Part shown: positions 1-12,830 of the stretch, in pieces | Numbering within the stretch: the stretch's first letter is position 1 | Layout: each line of letters opens with the position of its first letter | Source: Epiperipatus broadwayi | Taxonomy: Eukaryota > Animalia > Onychophora | DNA: 64,000 bases | Reading direction: 5' to 3' | Assembly (NCBI GenBank): GCA_028023455.1 | Contig: JAQFVV010000003.1 | Coordinates: 24,056,001 to 24,120,000 of the forward strand | Position numbers and translations under genes: made by a program | The notes under the pieces: generated by a model | What the model saw: only the letters and a program-made list of their open reading frames with translations | The model's database searches: none | What the model was told of the DNA's origin: nothing

Positions 1-483
1 GCTGAGAGATTCCTGACTTCCATAAAGGAGAAGCCATATGCATTGCATCACATCATCTAGAGTCTGCAATTTTATCACTGCATTATATTATGTATAAACT
101 CAATTATTAAAATATTTTTAAAACCTACATTTTTCTTTAAATATCTTGTATGTATTACTTCAGAATTAGTCAATATAAATATTTTCTAAATAATTTCAGT
201 TCTCAACATTTTGACTTTCATTACGTTTTTCAAGGATATATAATTATATTTTTAGTACAGTCATATTATTATATGTATGAAAATTTGGAAAAATTTTGAT
301 ATTATACCTTACTAACATGCATTAAAAATTAATTAATTTTAAAATGTGTTAAAAATATTGTTTATACATCTCCCTAAAAAACCACAATAAACAATTAAAA
401 CATTGATATCCAAGATTTTTTTAAGAATTCATATTGTTTGATTGAAAAGAACAAATTTGGTCTTTTTTTTCCCCATGTGTCAA

Positions 484-555
484 AGTATCGGCCTGGAAGC
501 GAACCCGGGACAACTGCTTGTAAGGCAGCTGTGCTGATCACTCGACCACCAACGC
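484..555 (-). pseudogene. tRNA-Gly(TCC)-derived pseudogene or SINE head, anticodon now TAC
   Basis: Reverse complement GCGTTGGTGGTCGAGTGATCAGCACAGCTGCCTTACAAGCAGTTGTCCCGGGTTCGCTTCCAGGCCGATAC aligns along its length with the eukaryotic tRNA-Gly(TCC) scaffold. The anticodon stem is intact; acceptor, D and T stems have mismatches. Confidence 0.75.
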
Positions 556-948
556 TTGTTTTAATAAATTAAGTAAATCAAGTTTCATTTTTTAAAATGT
601 GTTAATATGTACGATTTTTTGGGATCAAGGTTATTTAATATAAATTCAAGCATCTATATAAAGACCTGGAACCAAACGATCATGAATGCAGGGAACAATT
701 ATATTTACTATATAGGAGGACAAAATTGTTTTCCTATACTTTATGATATATACATGTGCATACATACATTTTCCACACAAATCTACATTAAAGTTTATGT
801 TCGACATAATTTAACTTTCACTTGAATATTTTCTAATTGATTACAGTAGTAAATTTGCTTTGAAAGAGATTTATTATAAATATATTTTAATTTAAATGAT
901 TCATTTTTATATTTCTTTACTAATTTCTATTTTTTTTTTTATATATAG

Positions 949-1020
949 ATACTTATATAAAAATAAAATACGGAAATTACATAGCCGTGCCTTTAAAGGA
1001 CTTAATAAATTAGAACAATT
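949..1020 (+). CDS. PXDN: Peroxidasin LRR exon (YLYKNKIRKLHSRAFKGLNKLEQL)
   Basis: Polypyrimidine tract and AG at 947-948, GTAAGT donor at 1021, exactly 72 bp, phase 2. The peptide matches the peroxidasin LRR [24 protein letters not shown] as recalled. Confidence 0.9.
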
Positions 1021-1904
1021 GTAAGTATATATTTATCAGTATATATATTTTAAATTAAGTACTTAAATATTTATAACACAATTTCAATAGACATTCATTT
1101 TTCTCATGAGTCATGTTTAAATTTCTAAACGTCATTTTAGATCAAAAATGTCTATTTATGAAATATATACAATATTGACAAGGTTATAATTAATTACAGA
1201 TTCGAAATGTTAGTAGAATTACAAAATAGAATTTCAAGGGTAAAATAAGTCATTATTATTTCATTTAATCCTTTTCCTTAATTGGTTATTGGCTTGTTTT
1301 CTTTTCAGTTGATGAAAGTAACTGAATGCTTTAGATTGTTCATTTAGTTAAACTTTGTCTAATCCACTTTTGTACGTTATATGTTAGTCACATAACAATG
1401 GAAAAGGGATAATATATGACTTGATATAATTGAAAAACGAAGAAACCAAAAACATTTTAAACAACTAATGTTTTATGGCATAGAAAATGACTTGTTTTTT
1501 TTCAAGGCGGCAACAAATATATTTTTCCACATATGGATTCTCATCAACAGGTCCGGAATCACTCATAATTACTATGCTTTTCTATTTTAAATGTGAAATT
1601 TAATAGCATCTGATTTATGAAATTGAGATCAAACATGAAACATAATTAATACACAAAATGACACAACTAAGGAAATTTGATAATGTCAGTAGAGATAATA
1701 TTTTCCGGTTTCGAATCTCTATATATTTTTTATACTGTTTAAATTGGTTGTTGCTAATTATCAGATATGAAAACAAATGTTAAACTATTTAGTCAATAAA
1801 TCAGTGTGATATAAAATATTTTATTACAACTTGAATAAATAATACAAAAACTATGTCAGATTATATGATAAATAGAGTAGCAAAAATTCAAAAAACATTA
1901 ACTA

Positions 1905-2062
1905 CTAAAACTATTTGCCAAGCGCTTTCAGTATCATGTACCAGAATCATGGTGACATATTCGAACTGAATGGTAAACATTCCAGTGCATGCTGAGTGGA
2001 ACACTAGTGTTATGGTGATTGATAACATTTTTAGACTCCACAATAAAACAAGCCTCTTTCAA
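1905..2062 (-). mobile_element. PLE family B, 3' end (left piece of a copy split by the PLE-A insertion)
   Basis: Homologous to 13635-13760 and 15110-15260; continues at 4292 on the other side of PLE-A copy 1. Confidence 0.75.
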
Positions 2063-2200
2063 GATGTGATATGTTGGATTATTTCCATCATTTATGAGTG
2101 AATGTTGAATGTATAGAAAATTTTAAACTTTATGTAAACTTCTCAAATACAAACAACTTGTTAGTAATAACACACAAATAGACAATACAGGTTAGTAATT

Positions 2201-2245
2201 ACACAACGTTTCGAATAGTAGTATTCTCCACTCTTCTTCATGTGT
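2201..2245 (-). ncRNA. Minimal type I hammerhead ribozyme in the inverted pLTR (C3 to A mutated)
   Basis: ACAC ATGAAGA [stem II] GAAAC GT T GTGT: stem I ACAC/GTGT and palindromic AACGTT at stem III. Confidence 0.75.
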
Positions 2246-3962
2246 TGCTGGTCTATATGCACAATGACAATATTCGCTTGGAAGTTGAACTCACACCTTT
2301 AGATTCTTGTATAGTGAATTTAAGGCAAACGCTCTACCAACTGAGATATTCTGTCAAAGACAACATATAGTAGAAATTTGATATATTTATATATGAGTAT
2401 TGGTTCAAATACTCCTGAGTCCTTCAATTTTTTTATTTATTTATTAACAAGTCTAATTATTTTTATTTTTACTTTTTCATAAGAGCAAGAAATTCACCCT
2501 GTCAGAATTTATCAAGATTTCTTCTCGGAGTTCTTAGTCCATTGGCATGTAGGACATCGTCTTTCATCAGGGATTCCAAGCACTTTGTGGAATTAGTCAG
2601 GAACATGAAAATGGATAGAACTGACATATTGGTAAGCTTTGATGTGGAAAGTCTGTGTACAAATGTACCATGTGATGAAGCATTGACTATTGTAAGGAAA
2701 AGGTTATATGACGATAATAGTCTACAAACTAGAACAGCTCTACCTATTGATAGTATAATGGAATTATTAACATTCTGTGTAACAACAACATACTTTCAAT
2801 ATAACTCAGACCTCTTCCAACAAAATCAAGGGATGGCCATGGGATTGTCACTGTCTTCCTTGCTCAGCAACATTTACATGGAAGAACTTGAAGCCACAGC
2901 CATAAATACTACTCCATGTCCACCTAAAGTGTGGCTTCGATATGTTGATGATACATTTGTGGTATGGCCACATGGCAAGGAAAAATTAGTCTTTCTGGAT
3001 GCACATTAACAACATATCTCCTACAATTAAATTCACGATGGAATCAGAACAAGAACAAAAATTGGCATTCTTGGATGTTCTTGTGACAAGACTCCCTCAG
3101 GGCAAAGTAAAAACAACAGTGTATAGGAAGCCAACACACATTGGCAAATACTTTGCATATACATCCAATCATACAAGAAGCACTAAACAAGGAATTGTAC
3201 TATCGCTATGGAACAGAGCAAAAGAAGTTTGTTCAGAATCCATTGACTTGGAAAAAGAAAAGATTCACATAGAACAAATGCTTATGAAGAATGGTTATCC
3301 ATCAGCAGTCATCAGAAACACCTTCAATAGTCAACATAAAGAGACACCAAAAGAGAAAACAGTTATTGGTATGGTAGTGTATCCATACATACCAGGAATG
3401 GCAGACAAACTAAAGAAAATCTGCAGTCAATATAATATTAGAACTGCTTTCCAAAGCCATACCACACTTTGAGGAATGCTTACTTCTACTAAGCCTAAAC
3501 TGGAAATGTTGAAGTACAAAAACTGCATCTATGAAATACCATGTGAATGTGGAAGGAAATACATTGGTGAGACCTGTTGCCTGGTTGAACAACGATTGAA
3601 GGAACACAAATTAATGGTTAAAAGAGAAAAAACAGATGTGTCTACCATAGCAGATCATGTATGTACTAATGACCACATGCTTAAGTGGGAAGATACAAAG
3701 ATATTGGATAAAGAGGAAAAAATGCATAGAAGAAAATTCAAGGAAGCTGCTCATATGACAATGGTAAATAATCCTATAAGTCAACCCAGTGTGGCAATAC
3801 ACAATGTATGGAAGCCTCTAATTAATCTTGTTCTTAGGAAAAAGTAAAAATAAAAATAATTAGACTTGTTAATAAATAAAAAAAAAAAAATTGAAGGACT
3901 CAGGAGGATTTGAACCAACCCTCATATATAAATATATCAAATTTCTACTATATGTTGCCTTT

Positions 3963-4053
3963 GACAGAATAGCTCAGTTGGTAGAGCGGTTGCCTTAAAT
4001 TCACTATACAAGAATCTAAAGGTGCGAGTTCAACTTCTAAGCGATTATTGTCA
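3963..4053 (+). promoter_or_regulatory. tRNA-like module (Pol III A/B boxes) inside the PLE-A pLTR
   Basis: A box TAGCTCAGTTGG (3970-3981), B-box-like GAGTTCAACTT (4026-4036), D stem GCTC/GAGC, acceptor-like GACAGAA/TATTGTC plus A. Mirrored in the inverted pLTR (~2262-2348) and in copy 2. Confidence 0.7.
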
Positions 4054-4072
4054 CTGTGCATATAGGCCAGCA

Positions 4073-4114
4073 ACACCTGAAGAAGAATGGAGAATAATAC
4101 TACTCGAAACGTGT
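4073..4114 (+). ncRNA. Minimal hammerhead in the 3' pLTR, cleavage triplet deleted
   Basis: ACAC CTGAAGA A GAATGG...CTACTC GAAAC GTGT; 3 nt shorter than the inverted copy (GAAAC GTT GTGT). Confidence 0.75.
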
Positions 4115-4291
4115 AATTACTAACCTGTATTGTCTATTTGTGTGTTATTACTAACAAGTTGTTTGTATTTGAGAAGTTTAAATAAAGTTTAAAATTTTCT
4201 ATACATTCAACATTCACTCATAAATGATGGAAATAGTCCAATATATCACATCTTATAATATACCATCATTACAAACCTTCAGACAAATACT

Positions 4292-4740
4292 AAGTCTTTT
4301 TCAACTTCCTTTTTCTATCATTTGATTCATTGCACACAATACTGATATTTTGAGAGTAAAACTCATGTCCACAACTATTTTCATGATTTGAAAAAACAGA
4401 ATTAACTTGCAAATTACTTTTAGATTTTTTTATATTAATAAATATGCTGTTGCAATCACATTAATACATTAGCCTTCATTTTATTGTAATAAATAGCATT
4501 ACAACCAATTTTCTTTGCAGGAAATTGAATAAACCACTTCATACCTATTCATTTCTTCCACACTATCCTTTGAATTATTTATTAGTCTATTTAAGCATAA
4601 AAGTGATCGGAATCCTATATTATAATCTTTACCAATTATATTTTATTATATTACAACCTGAATATAAGAGCCAACCTTTCTGCATTCACGTCTTAACACT
4701 TTTCATTTTAAATAAATATATTAATGATTCTTATTAATCA
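4292..4740 (-). mobile_element. PLE family B, degenerate GIY-YIG region (right piece)
   Basis: Minus strand gives VVYSISCKE...AIYY...NSVFSNHENSCGHEF...NESNDRKRKL with frameshifts; homologous to 13740-14050. Confidence 0.75.
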
Positions 4741-4938
4741 TTATAAAACTAGAGATCATCATATCATTTCTAGCCCAGATATAAACTTTAAACCCAGTTA
4801 AAGATTAATATATGTGCTTTTTTAAAATTAAACATAAAAATATAGTAGCATTAATTTTTCATCTTTCCTTTTCCAAGTGTTTAATATTATTTTTGGATAT
4901 TCTTAAAAATTTTATACTTCTACACAATTTTGAAACAT

Positions 4939-5299
4939 CATCATCATCAACAATTATCAGTCCACTGCAGGATGAAGGTCTCTCCAAATTCAATCCATCT
5001 TCTCTGATTTTTAGCTTCTCTTCTTCTCATCACCCCTGCACAACTTTCTTATTTCAGCCATCCATCTCACATGTGGTCTCTTTCTGGGTCTTTTAAATCT
5101 CTTGGAATCCGGTTTAAGATTCCAATTATCCATCTATTATAATCTCTTCTAGCAATATGTCCAGCCCCCAACTCCACTTAAGTCTTTTAATTTTTTCAAT
5201 GAGGTCAGTAACAATTGTTTGTTCTCTTACTCATGTATTGCGTTTTCAATCTCTCTTGTTACTCCCAACATGCATTTCTCTATACTTCTTTGAGTAGTC
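4939..5299 (-). mobile_element. 5'-truncated RTE LINE (same family as 59988-63162)
   Basis: Reverse complement of ~62805-63160, (GAT)n tail, TSD TGAAACAT at 4931-4938 and 5300-5307. Confidence 0.9.
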
Positions 5300-6403
5300 T
5301 GAAACATATTAATAAACATTTCTAAATAAATAAATGACCCCCTCCCATTGTCTTTATTGATATATTTCAAGAGTGCATGGCCTAATGGAAGTTTTAAGTA
5401 GATCTAAAAATATTTTATATGTGTTAATGATTTTATTATTAACTTTATTGGTAATAATGTTTTATTTTTATATTAATATTATAAATTGTTTGGCATTTTG
5501 TCTTAACTATTCATATAGTTTCTATTTTTCAACCTTATTGGGCATTCTGAAGTCATATTTTTTTTATTTGGATCTATCTTCAGGTGATAATGAAATGTTA
5601 ATTCAAGTCATTATAAAGACATTTGTTGATAATGTGTGTGTTATTTTCCTGAAAAAAAAATTTCGTTACTCACTCATATTTTAAACTATAGATAAATAAG
5701 GTAAATGAATGTGCCAACTCTTCACCATGAGCTCTTGAATTAACAGGGGAATTAGATTTAATATTTAAACAACTGTTAATGGTGATAGAAGTTCAGTATT
5801 CTAAGACTATAATCATTCTTTTGATTTGTTTTTTATATTCTATGTGAAAATACTCTTTATATATTGATGGAGAAGAAAAGCAAAAATATTATGCGTTGGA
5901 AAAGTGATTCTATTAAGCATTAGAAGGAATTTTCCATATATATTTAAGTTGGAATCGATTGTTTGATATTGTTACTGCTCATTTTATAAACACAAATTGA
6001 TATAAAAATTCTATTATTACTTTGATTTTTTTGTTAATTCGAATTGTTTTTATTGTCTTTTATGATCAGAATTTTTTCTAATGTTTATATTGGCATCCAT
6101 GAAAGATGAGCTACTTCTATTGCTGGCACAAAGTTTTAGAGATGTACTTTCATTAGAAAGTCTCATTATGATTATCAGCAGTCACTCACAAATGAATATG
6201 GTTATTCTAGCTTTAAGAGGAAAATAAGATAATAAAATAGAAAGTAATATATTAGAGATAAGTTTTTATATAACCCAATCTGTCTCAAACACAAAACTTC
6301 TGTACATACAACATGCTGTCCATTATTTTGTTGATATTTTATAATGCTGCCTCCTAGTTTCTTTGCCAACAGAGTTTTTTTTTTTTGAAGGACTTCAGTA
6401 TTA

Positions 6404-6451
6404 TGTCTGAATGTATCTCTCCAAAATTGTCTGAATGTATCTCTCCAAAAT
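6404..6451. repeat. 24-bp perfect tandem duplication
   Basis: TGTCTGAATGTATCTCTCCAAAAT x2. Confidence 0.9.
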
Positions 6452-7129
6452 ATTTTATTCTCTGCCACAAAAATAATCAATATTGTACTTCTTTAGTATA
6501 TCTTTAAGACAAAATTTATAATGTAAATATGTCTGCCTCTCTCACAAAAACCATGCTCCAATTTACTTTAAAACCTCTTTTAGAAAGATTTTTTAATGTT
6601 TATTCATTTCACACATGCAAATAGGGTGTTGATTAAAGTTAGCATAAAATGATTTAGTGATATATAGAAGATCTATTTTATATTTTTAAAAAATTGTCAA
6701 TTTTTTTTAAGTGATTTATTCCAATCATCACTTGCTAATCAACTTTATCCTTCAATACAGTTACTATCTTGGTTGTTTATGAGATTCAGGTACTATATAT
6801 AATGTTAACATTAAAATTAATTATTCTACACTGTTGACTATTTTTTTCAACTCACCTTCAGGCAGAAAACTTTGTATGCATATAAAGAGAGAAAAAACAT
6901 ACTGCCCATCAAGTAGTTATCTATTGCAGATTTAATCATGATGTAATTTTTTTTCTTCATATTTTTAAGATTGTTGTATTTTTTTTTTTTTTTTATCATT
7001 TAAGCAATTTGATTTTCACTATATATTGTGTGTGCTTAATATCATCTAATATAAATTTTCAAAAATAATGAGAAAAATGTTTCTATATGGATGTCTTTTG
7101 CAATGTCAAGATTGTAGATATTTTAAAAT

Positions 7130-7371
7130 CGCAAAGAAATCAAGTCATATGTCACATGACCTCATTCATTAAGCTTGTATTACAAATGTTATCTAATGAG
7201 CATTCCAATAGCTCTTAACAAGCTTTTCAGAATAGCTTGGTTTCTGGTATTTTAAATCTAATGCTTGAATATCGTAGCACCTCACTGAGGAAATCCAGAA
7301 GCTAGAAATCGGTCTGAGATTAGGGATATTCTGAAAAGCTTGTTAAGAGCTATTGGCATACTCATTAGATA
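7130..7371. mobile_element. Hammerhead repeat subfamily H2, fold-back locus A
   Basis: Antisense arm ~7130-7233, sense arm ~7234-7371. Degenerate hammerhead ACCTCA CTGAGGA...GAAAT CG GTC TGAGAT (7279-7320). Homologous to 39606-40033. Candidate TSD ATATTTTAAAAT (7118-7129 / 7372-7383). Confidence 0.8.
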
Positions 7372-10149
7372 ATATTTTAAAATATGTATACAAAATTTAA
7401 TAAAAAGATTTTATTTGATTTGAAGAATAATGTACTAAAAAGCAAAAAAACTTTTTTTTTTGGATCATAATTTTGGTTGTTATATGCAACTTTAAATAAA
7501 AGTATCTATAAATTAATTAATTCAATAATTTTAAATAAAACTACGAAACATCTATAAATTATCAGTTCAAACATTTTGTGATCAAACTAAATACTTTATT
7601 ATTGATTGAATTAATTTATGGATACCTCATGCTTTTATTTAAAGTTACTTATAACAACTAAAATTAGTGCATTAGTCCCCAAATTAAATAAAAGCATTAA
7701 TATATATATATAGATTATTTTTAGGATTTCAGTATTTTGCAAATGACTTGCTGTTAAGAAGTCTATCCCTATATCGTTTCAATTTTCAAAATCTTTTGTC
7801 ATAAACAAGAAAATACTCATATTCAAATATTTTTTTAAAAAAAGAAAATCTAAAAAATGTCACCATATTGATATGAACTCTATATCTCGTTATTATCGAA
7901 ATCACTTATTATATATGAAACAGGAAAATTATTCATATTCAAATTTAAAAATTGAGAATCTAGAAAATGTTATTGTTTCCAGTATTTCAAATTAAATTTG
8001 AAGCCTGTTAACACTGAAATATTATAAGATTTTTGTTTTTATTAGAACAGCAGTTTAAAAAAGCAAGTTTTATCCACAATGAAATTCAGATTTTATGTTT
8101 CATTCAGGTTTTTCTTTGTATTTTAATTGACTGTAAATGCATCTAAAATTTCTTTCTCACATTAAATGAAAGTGTTTTAAAAAATATAGTGTCATCTATT
8201 GGGCATGATTCAAAACTTAGCAAATTAATTTGAATGCAATTTGAAATGTATGCAACAACTCTATTATCCTAGGCTGGACAATCATGAAAAATATTGCATT
8301 GTCATCAAAACCAAACACATGTCCAATATTTGAAGTAATTCATTCTGTTTAAGTAGATTAAAAAGTGGTTACAAGATTTGATCTAAACAATCAGTAGTCG
8401 TACTTAAGTTGAAAGCATTTTAAGAAATTGTATATTCCAAAGAAGTGTTCATAATAAAATGCTGATAACTAACTTATTATTATTTTTGACAAAAATATAT
8501 TTTAAATTATGATTTCTTTTTCAATGTTTGTTCAACATTCATAAAATATTGTAAAAAATGTTAGTAAGATCATAAATATTATTGAAATTTATACTAAATT
8601 ATAATATGACTATTTTGGCATTTTAATTATACATTTTAGACCTTTTTAAACCAAAGTTGTTGTTGTTTTGACTTTGTGATGAAAACAATTTATCTGATAA
8701 ATGATTTAAATGATATACAGATTTGTTAAGTTTATAAATTAATTTTATTGAATTTATATTTGTAATGTAATAATTTGTCTTGTGTGATTTCAAAACGTGA
8801 CATGATGTAATGAAATATTAGGAACACTTAGTTATTAATAAATAAATAATTATGATTAATTGTCTGGAATTTCATATGATAATTAAGCATGCTAGCTGTA
8901 GATTGAGCACAGTAGTTTCATTCAACTGGAAATTGATTCATAAATCTTTAGCTTTTAAAGAATCCATCTTTCTATTATTACACTAATTTACACAGGCTGC
9001 CATGTATATTTTTGTTAAGAGATATCTGAGGAAAGATTTTGATTTTAAAAGAATAAGAAGAGACAAGATATAAGTAGTTTTGGTGTCTATCTTATACCAA
9101 CAAAATATCACATGTAAAAATACTTTTTGTAGCAGTTTTCTTCATTCCCCTTCAGAATCATTTATTGTAAGCCTGAATAATCAATAAATGCTAAATAGTG
9201 GTAGTATTATATCTAAATCCTCAGCCTAGTCACTGTCATTGAAGACTTTGGATTTAAAACTGAAACTAATGCTTCTGTACATCCCACAATCATTTTAAAT
9301 CTTTTTACATTAACAGATAGCATAAAACTTGATATATTTATGGCCTAATTTTAGATATAAATAATTATATAAGCAAGTTAGTTAGCTAATATATACAGAA
9401 ATTAAAAATAACTAGCTGTTAGAATGTAAGTGCATTCGTTTCAACTTTATTAACAGAGATTACAATCCAGAAATTAGTTTGAAAATGTGAAAATAGTAGG
9501 ACTTGCTTTATTAATTGCTCTAGCTTGCAACAGATGTCATTGTAATAGAATATAAGGAAATTCTTTTGAAAGCATGTGAGTCCACCTTTTGTAAGGACTT
9601 TGATAAATTAATTGTTGGTTGAAAAAACAATTTTAGTTTTCTTAAAAACCCATAGATATAGATAATCATTGCAATAAAGAGGTAGAACAGAGTAATGGGC
9701 AGTTTGGCTACTCTAATTCAGATGTTACAGAATGCTTGGAAAGATTAATTGTTCTTATTCCTCAATGTTTAATATAAAGAACATTTTACTATTAAGGCTT
9801 TTATAATAATAGAATATCATTCAAAAAGCAATTTATAATGACCAAAATTATTTATAATAATGCCACAATTCATTCAATATTGAGATAAAGTGTCATATTT
9901 TAAAAATTTAAAGATTTGGATTGATTTCCCTTGAGTAAAGTAAAACAAAAACTCATTTGAATAGGATGTTTGTGCTCAATCTGAATTTGTTGCTTAAACA
10001 CCACACAAATTTGAAATAATTGACCATACAATTACAATCTTTAACTTATAAAAGTATTAAATAGTAAATATGCATATTGTATGTCAAAAGATGTGAACTA
10101 TTATTTATTTATTTAGCATATAGATTTAAATAGCTTAAACTATTAACAA

Positions 10150-12830
10150 AATATCATAAAGCAACCTGTAGAGATTCCAACCACAGATAAATTCACTAGT
10201 AGCTTTATTAAGCTCTTTAATTCTACCACTATAGCCATTAACTATATGATTTCTGATTCATAATTTATATGTGTTTATATTAACAAAAATCATCATTTAA
10301 TAAATTCCATTTATGAAGCAGACAATGACCATGGTTTGTTTTGAATCTGTTGATGAGATTACAGTTGTGTCTAGAAAGAGCCAATCCAACCAGTTTTATT
10401 GTTGGATCAGAAATCTCATGTGAATTGCATTATTTATGTTATAATTATTTGACTGTAGATTTTTTGTTGAACATCCAAAAAGAGATTTTGATTTAAGCCA
10501 AGTCTTAGTTGGTAAAATTATATTTTGAGTTATTGGCAACTCTGATTTGCTTAATAGTTTATTAAACACATTTTCACATTTTTATAAGACAATTTCTCTT
10601 TTGATATCTGATGAATATGTGAAAGAACAGGAAATCATTGCAAAGGAGTAGACTTAAATTTAACAGTAACATTCTCAAGATAATATTTATTTCACTATCC
10701 AGAAGTTTAATATGAGAACTTTTATCTCCAAACATGGGCACAGTATTTACCAGGGAAATATGCTAATGCTAAAGAATCTGCCATAAAGTATTTACATTAT
10801 AATCCCAAGTAATGTTAGTCAGCTTTCTAAGGAGATTGTCAGAAATTAATTTTGATTTGATCTTAGATAAATGAAGAAAATATGTTAAAGTCTGATTCAA
10901 AGTCACTCTTAAATAACATGCAGTAATATCATACTTCATACTACTATTTCAAAAGGTTATATTCAGATTCAAAGATAATCCATTATTTAAATGAAAAATT
11001 GAATATCTTCATTGGATTAGGAATAAGGTACCAAAAATATTCCCAATTTTTTCCTATTCTTATTGAGGGATTTTTCTAATTCAGGAAAGGATTGTCAGCA
11101 TAGATGAATTTTCTTTCTTCTAGAAGATCTCTTATAAATATATTAAATAAAGCAAGTGAAAAATTGAATCTTGTGTCAGCCTCTTCTGGTAAAATTTTAT
11201 TTCTACTACAATGATAACTTCATTTTTCTATTGGAGAGTAATTTGTTGAGTAAATTAGTGGTTTTCCTACATTTAAGAATTTTAGAAACTTTTAGAAGAC
11301 CATTTTCCCAAACAGAATCATAAGCTGAGATTAGATCAGTAAAGGAAGCATTAGTTTTTAATTTATTACGAATTTTTTTTTCACTTTGAGTTGCTCTATG
11401 GGAAGATGACTCTTAACTATTGGTAATATTCTTCTTAATATGTTTTTTTTTTTTTTCAAAAAGCTTATAGGAAATACATAATAATATTGTTGGACAATAA
11501 TATTTTGGATATTTCTGACTTTGTTTGATTTTAAGACTGGTATAATTTTGTTTCTATGATGAATTTTTGGAATGCTATTTGAATAATATTACTGGACAAT
11601 TCTTCTGAGCATGCTTGAGCTTTAGGTTCTAAATATTTTAGAAATTTTGGAAGCATGTTATCTGCTTTTTAAGTTTTCTGATTTAAGGCAATCAATGGCA
11701 AGTTTGAGTTTATCAAAATCTACAGATTTTATCAAATTGTTATTAAAGAAACATTGAGAAGGAAATTCTTGCAATTTTTCTCTAACGATGCCTTTCCTTA
11801 TACTGTACTATCATTCTTGGACCTTAAAATGATGATTCAGTTAGGAATGACAGTAATTGTTCCTTTAGAAATTTGTTTCTCCGTAGTCTCTTCACTTTTC
11901 TTTTCTGGTATTATGTAGTGATTTTATAAGTTTGTCAGTAATTTCCCGATCTTTGGTAAACAAAAATTGACTATAAAGAGCATTTTAGTCCAACTTGGAA
12001 TAAATTGTTTACAATATCCTTGAGGGATGGACTCTCTAACAGCTATTATTAAGAGTTTATTAAACCTATCATAGCAATAAGGAATTGAAGAGATTCTATT
12101 AATATTTTGTTCAAGATATTCATTAAATTGTAAACAATAGGTTTTACTTAAATTCCACCTTGTAACAGGATAACTTTTAACTACACTTGATTTATGTTGA
12201 CTATAGAGAAAATGATCTAATATCAGTAGATCAGCAGATAATGGTGAATCATTTTTTGTTAAAATACATTATAAATCAAAAATTTATTTGTTGTTCCACA
12301 ACTTCCTAAATGGAAAGTTCCTCCTGGTTTAGCTTCATAAAGTAATTTCATGTTGTTTAACTTTATTCATTCTACAAATTGGCAACCTAATCCAAAGACT
12401 ACTATGAGAATTGATATCTCCTATAAATGTTGAGGATATGGGAAGATCTGTAAGCATAGGATAGGGCCAACTTGTATTGATAAGTTTATAAACATTGTAT
12501 ACTTAATAAATTATTTATGTGAATGGTGATTGCAATATCATTTGACTGCCCTTCAATAGCTTTACAAGATAATTTGAAATTAAAGTAGTCATACCATATT
12601 TGAATGTATTCTATTATTAATCAGTACAAATCCAAGAATTATAAAAATATATGCATTGTTACTTGAATGATGAGTTTCTTGAAGTACAAATACGTAATGT
12701 TATGCTGAACAATTTATTTGTAGAAAATCTCAACTTTTGAGTTTGATATACCTTCAATGTTAAGTTGAAGTAATTTTATTAGTTCCTAGGTGAAGAGAAA
12801 GCCACCCTCTAAAATATATACCTGACACTT
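10150..12830 (-). mobile_element. Highly decayed near-full-length Ingi/Vingi-like LINE (APE plus RT, single ORF)
   Basis: Minus-strand motifs in order: LQLNIEGISNSK...LQETH, FIGDINSH, FLYSQHK, IPQGYCKQFIPSW, KIIPVLKSNK, FTDLISAYDSVW, FMADSLAL, LINRFKTNHG...HKW. Many stops and frameshifts; the clade call is from motif recall. Confidence 0.75.

Larger units (their letters stand above)
2063..4291 (+). mobile_element. Penelope-like retroelement family A, copy 1 (5'-truncated, frameshifted RT plus GIY-YIG endonuclease) with inverted pseudo-LTR
   Basis: ORF pieces 2542-3847 contain QGMAMG, RYVDD and CIYEIPCECGRKYIGET. 2061-~2490 is the reverse complement of ~3835-4254. Degenerate TSD AAGCCTCTTTCAA (2050-2062) / AAGTCTTTTTCAA (4292-4304). 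Confidence 0.93.

Noticed and set aside
484-555. Functional tRNA-Val(TAC)
   Set aside because: Gly-type body with mismatches in the acceptor and T stems and a damaged B box.
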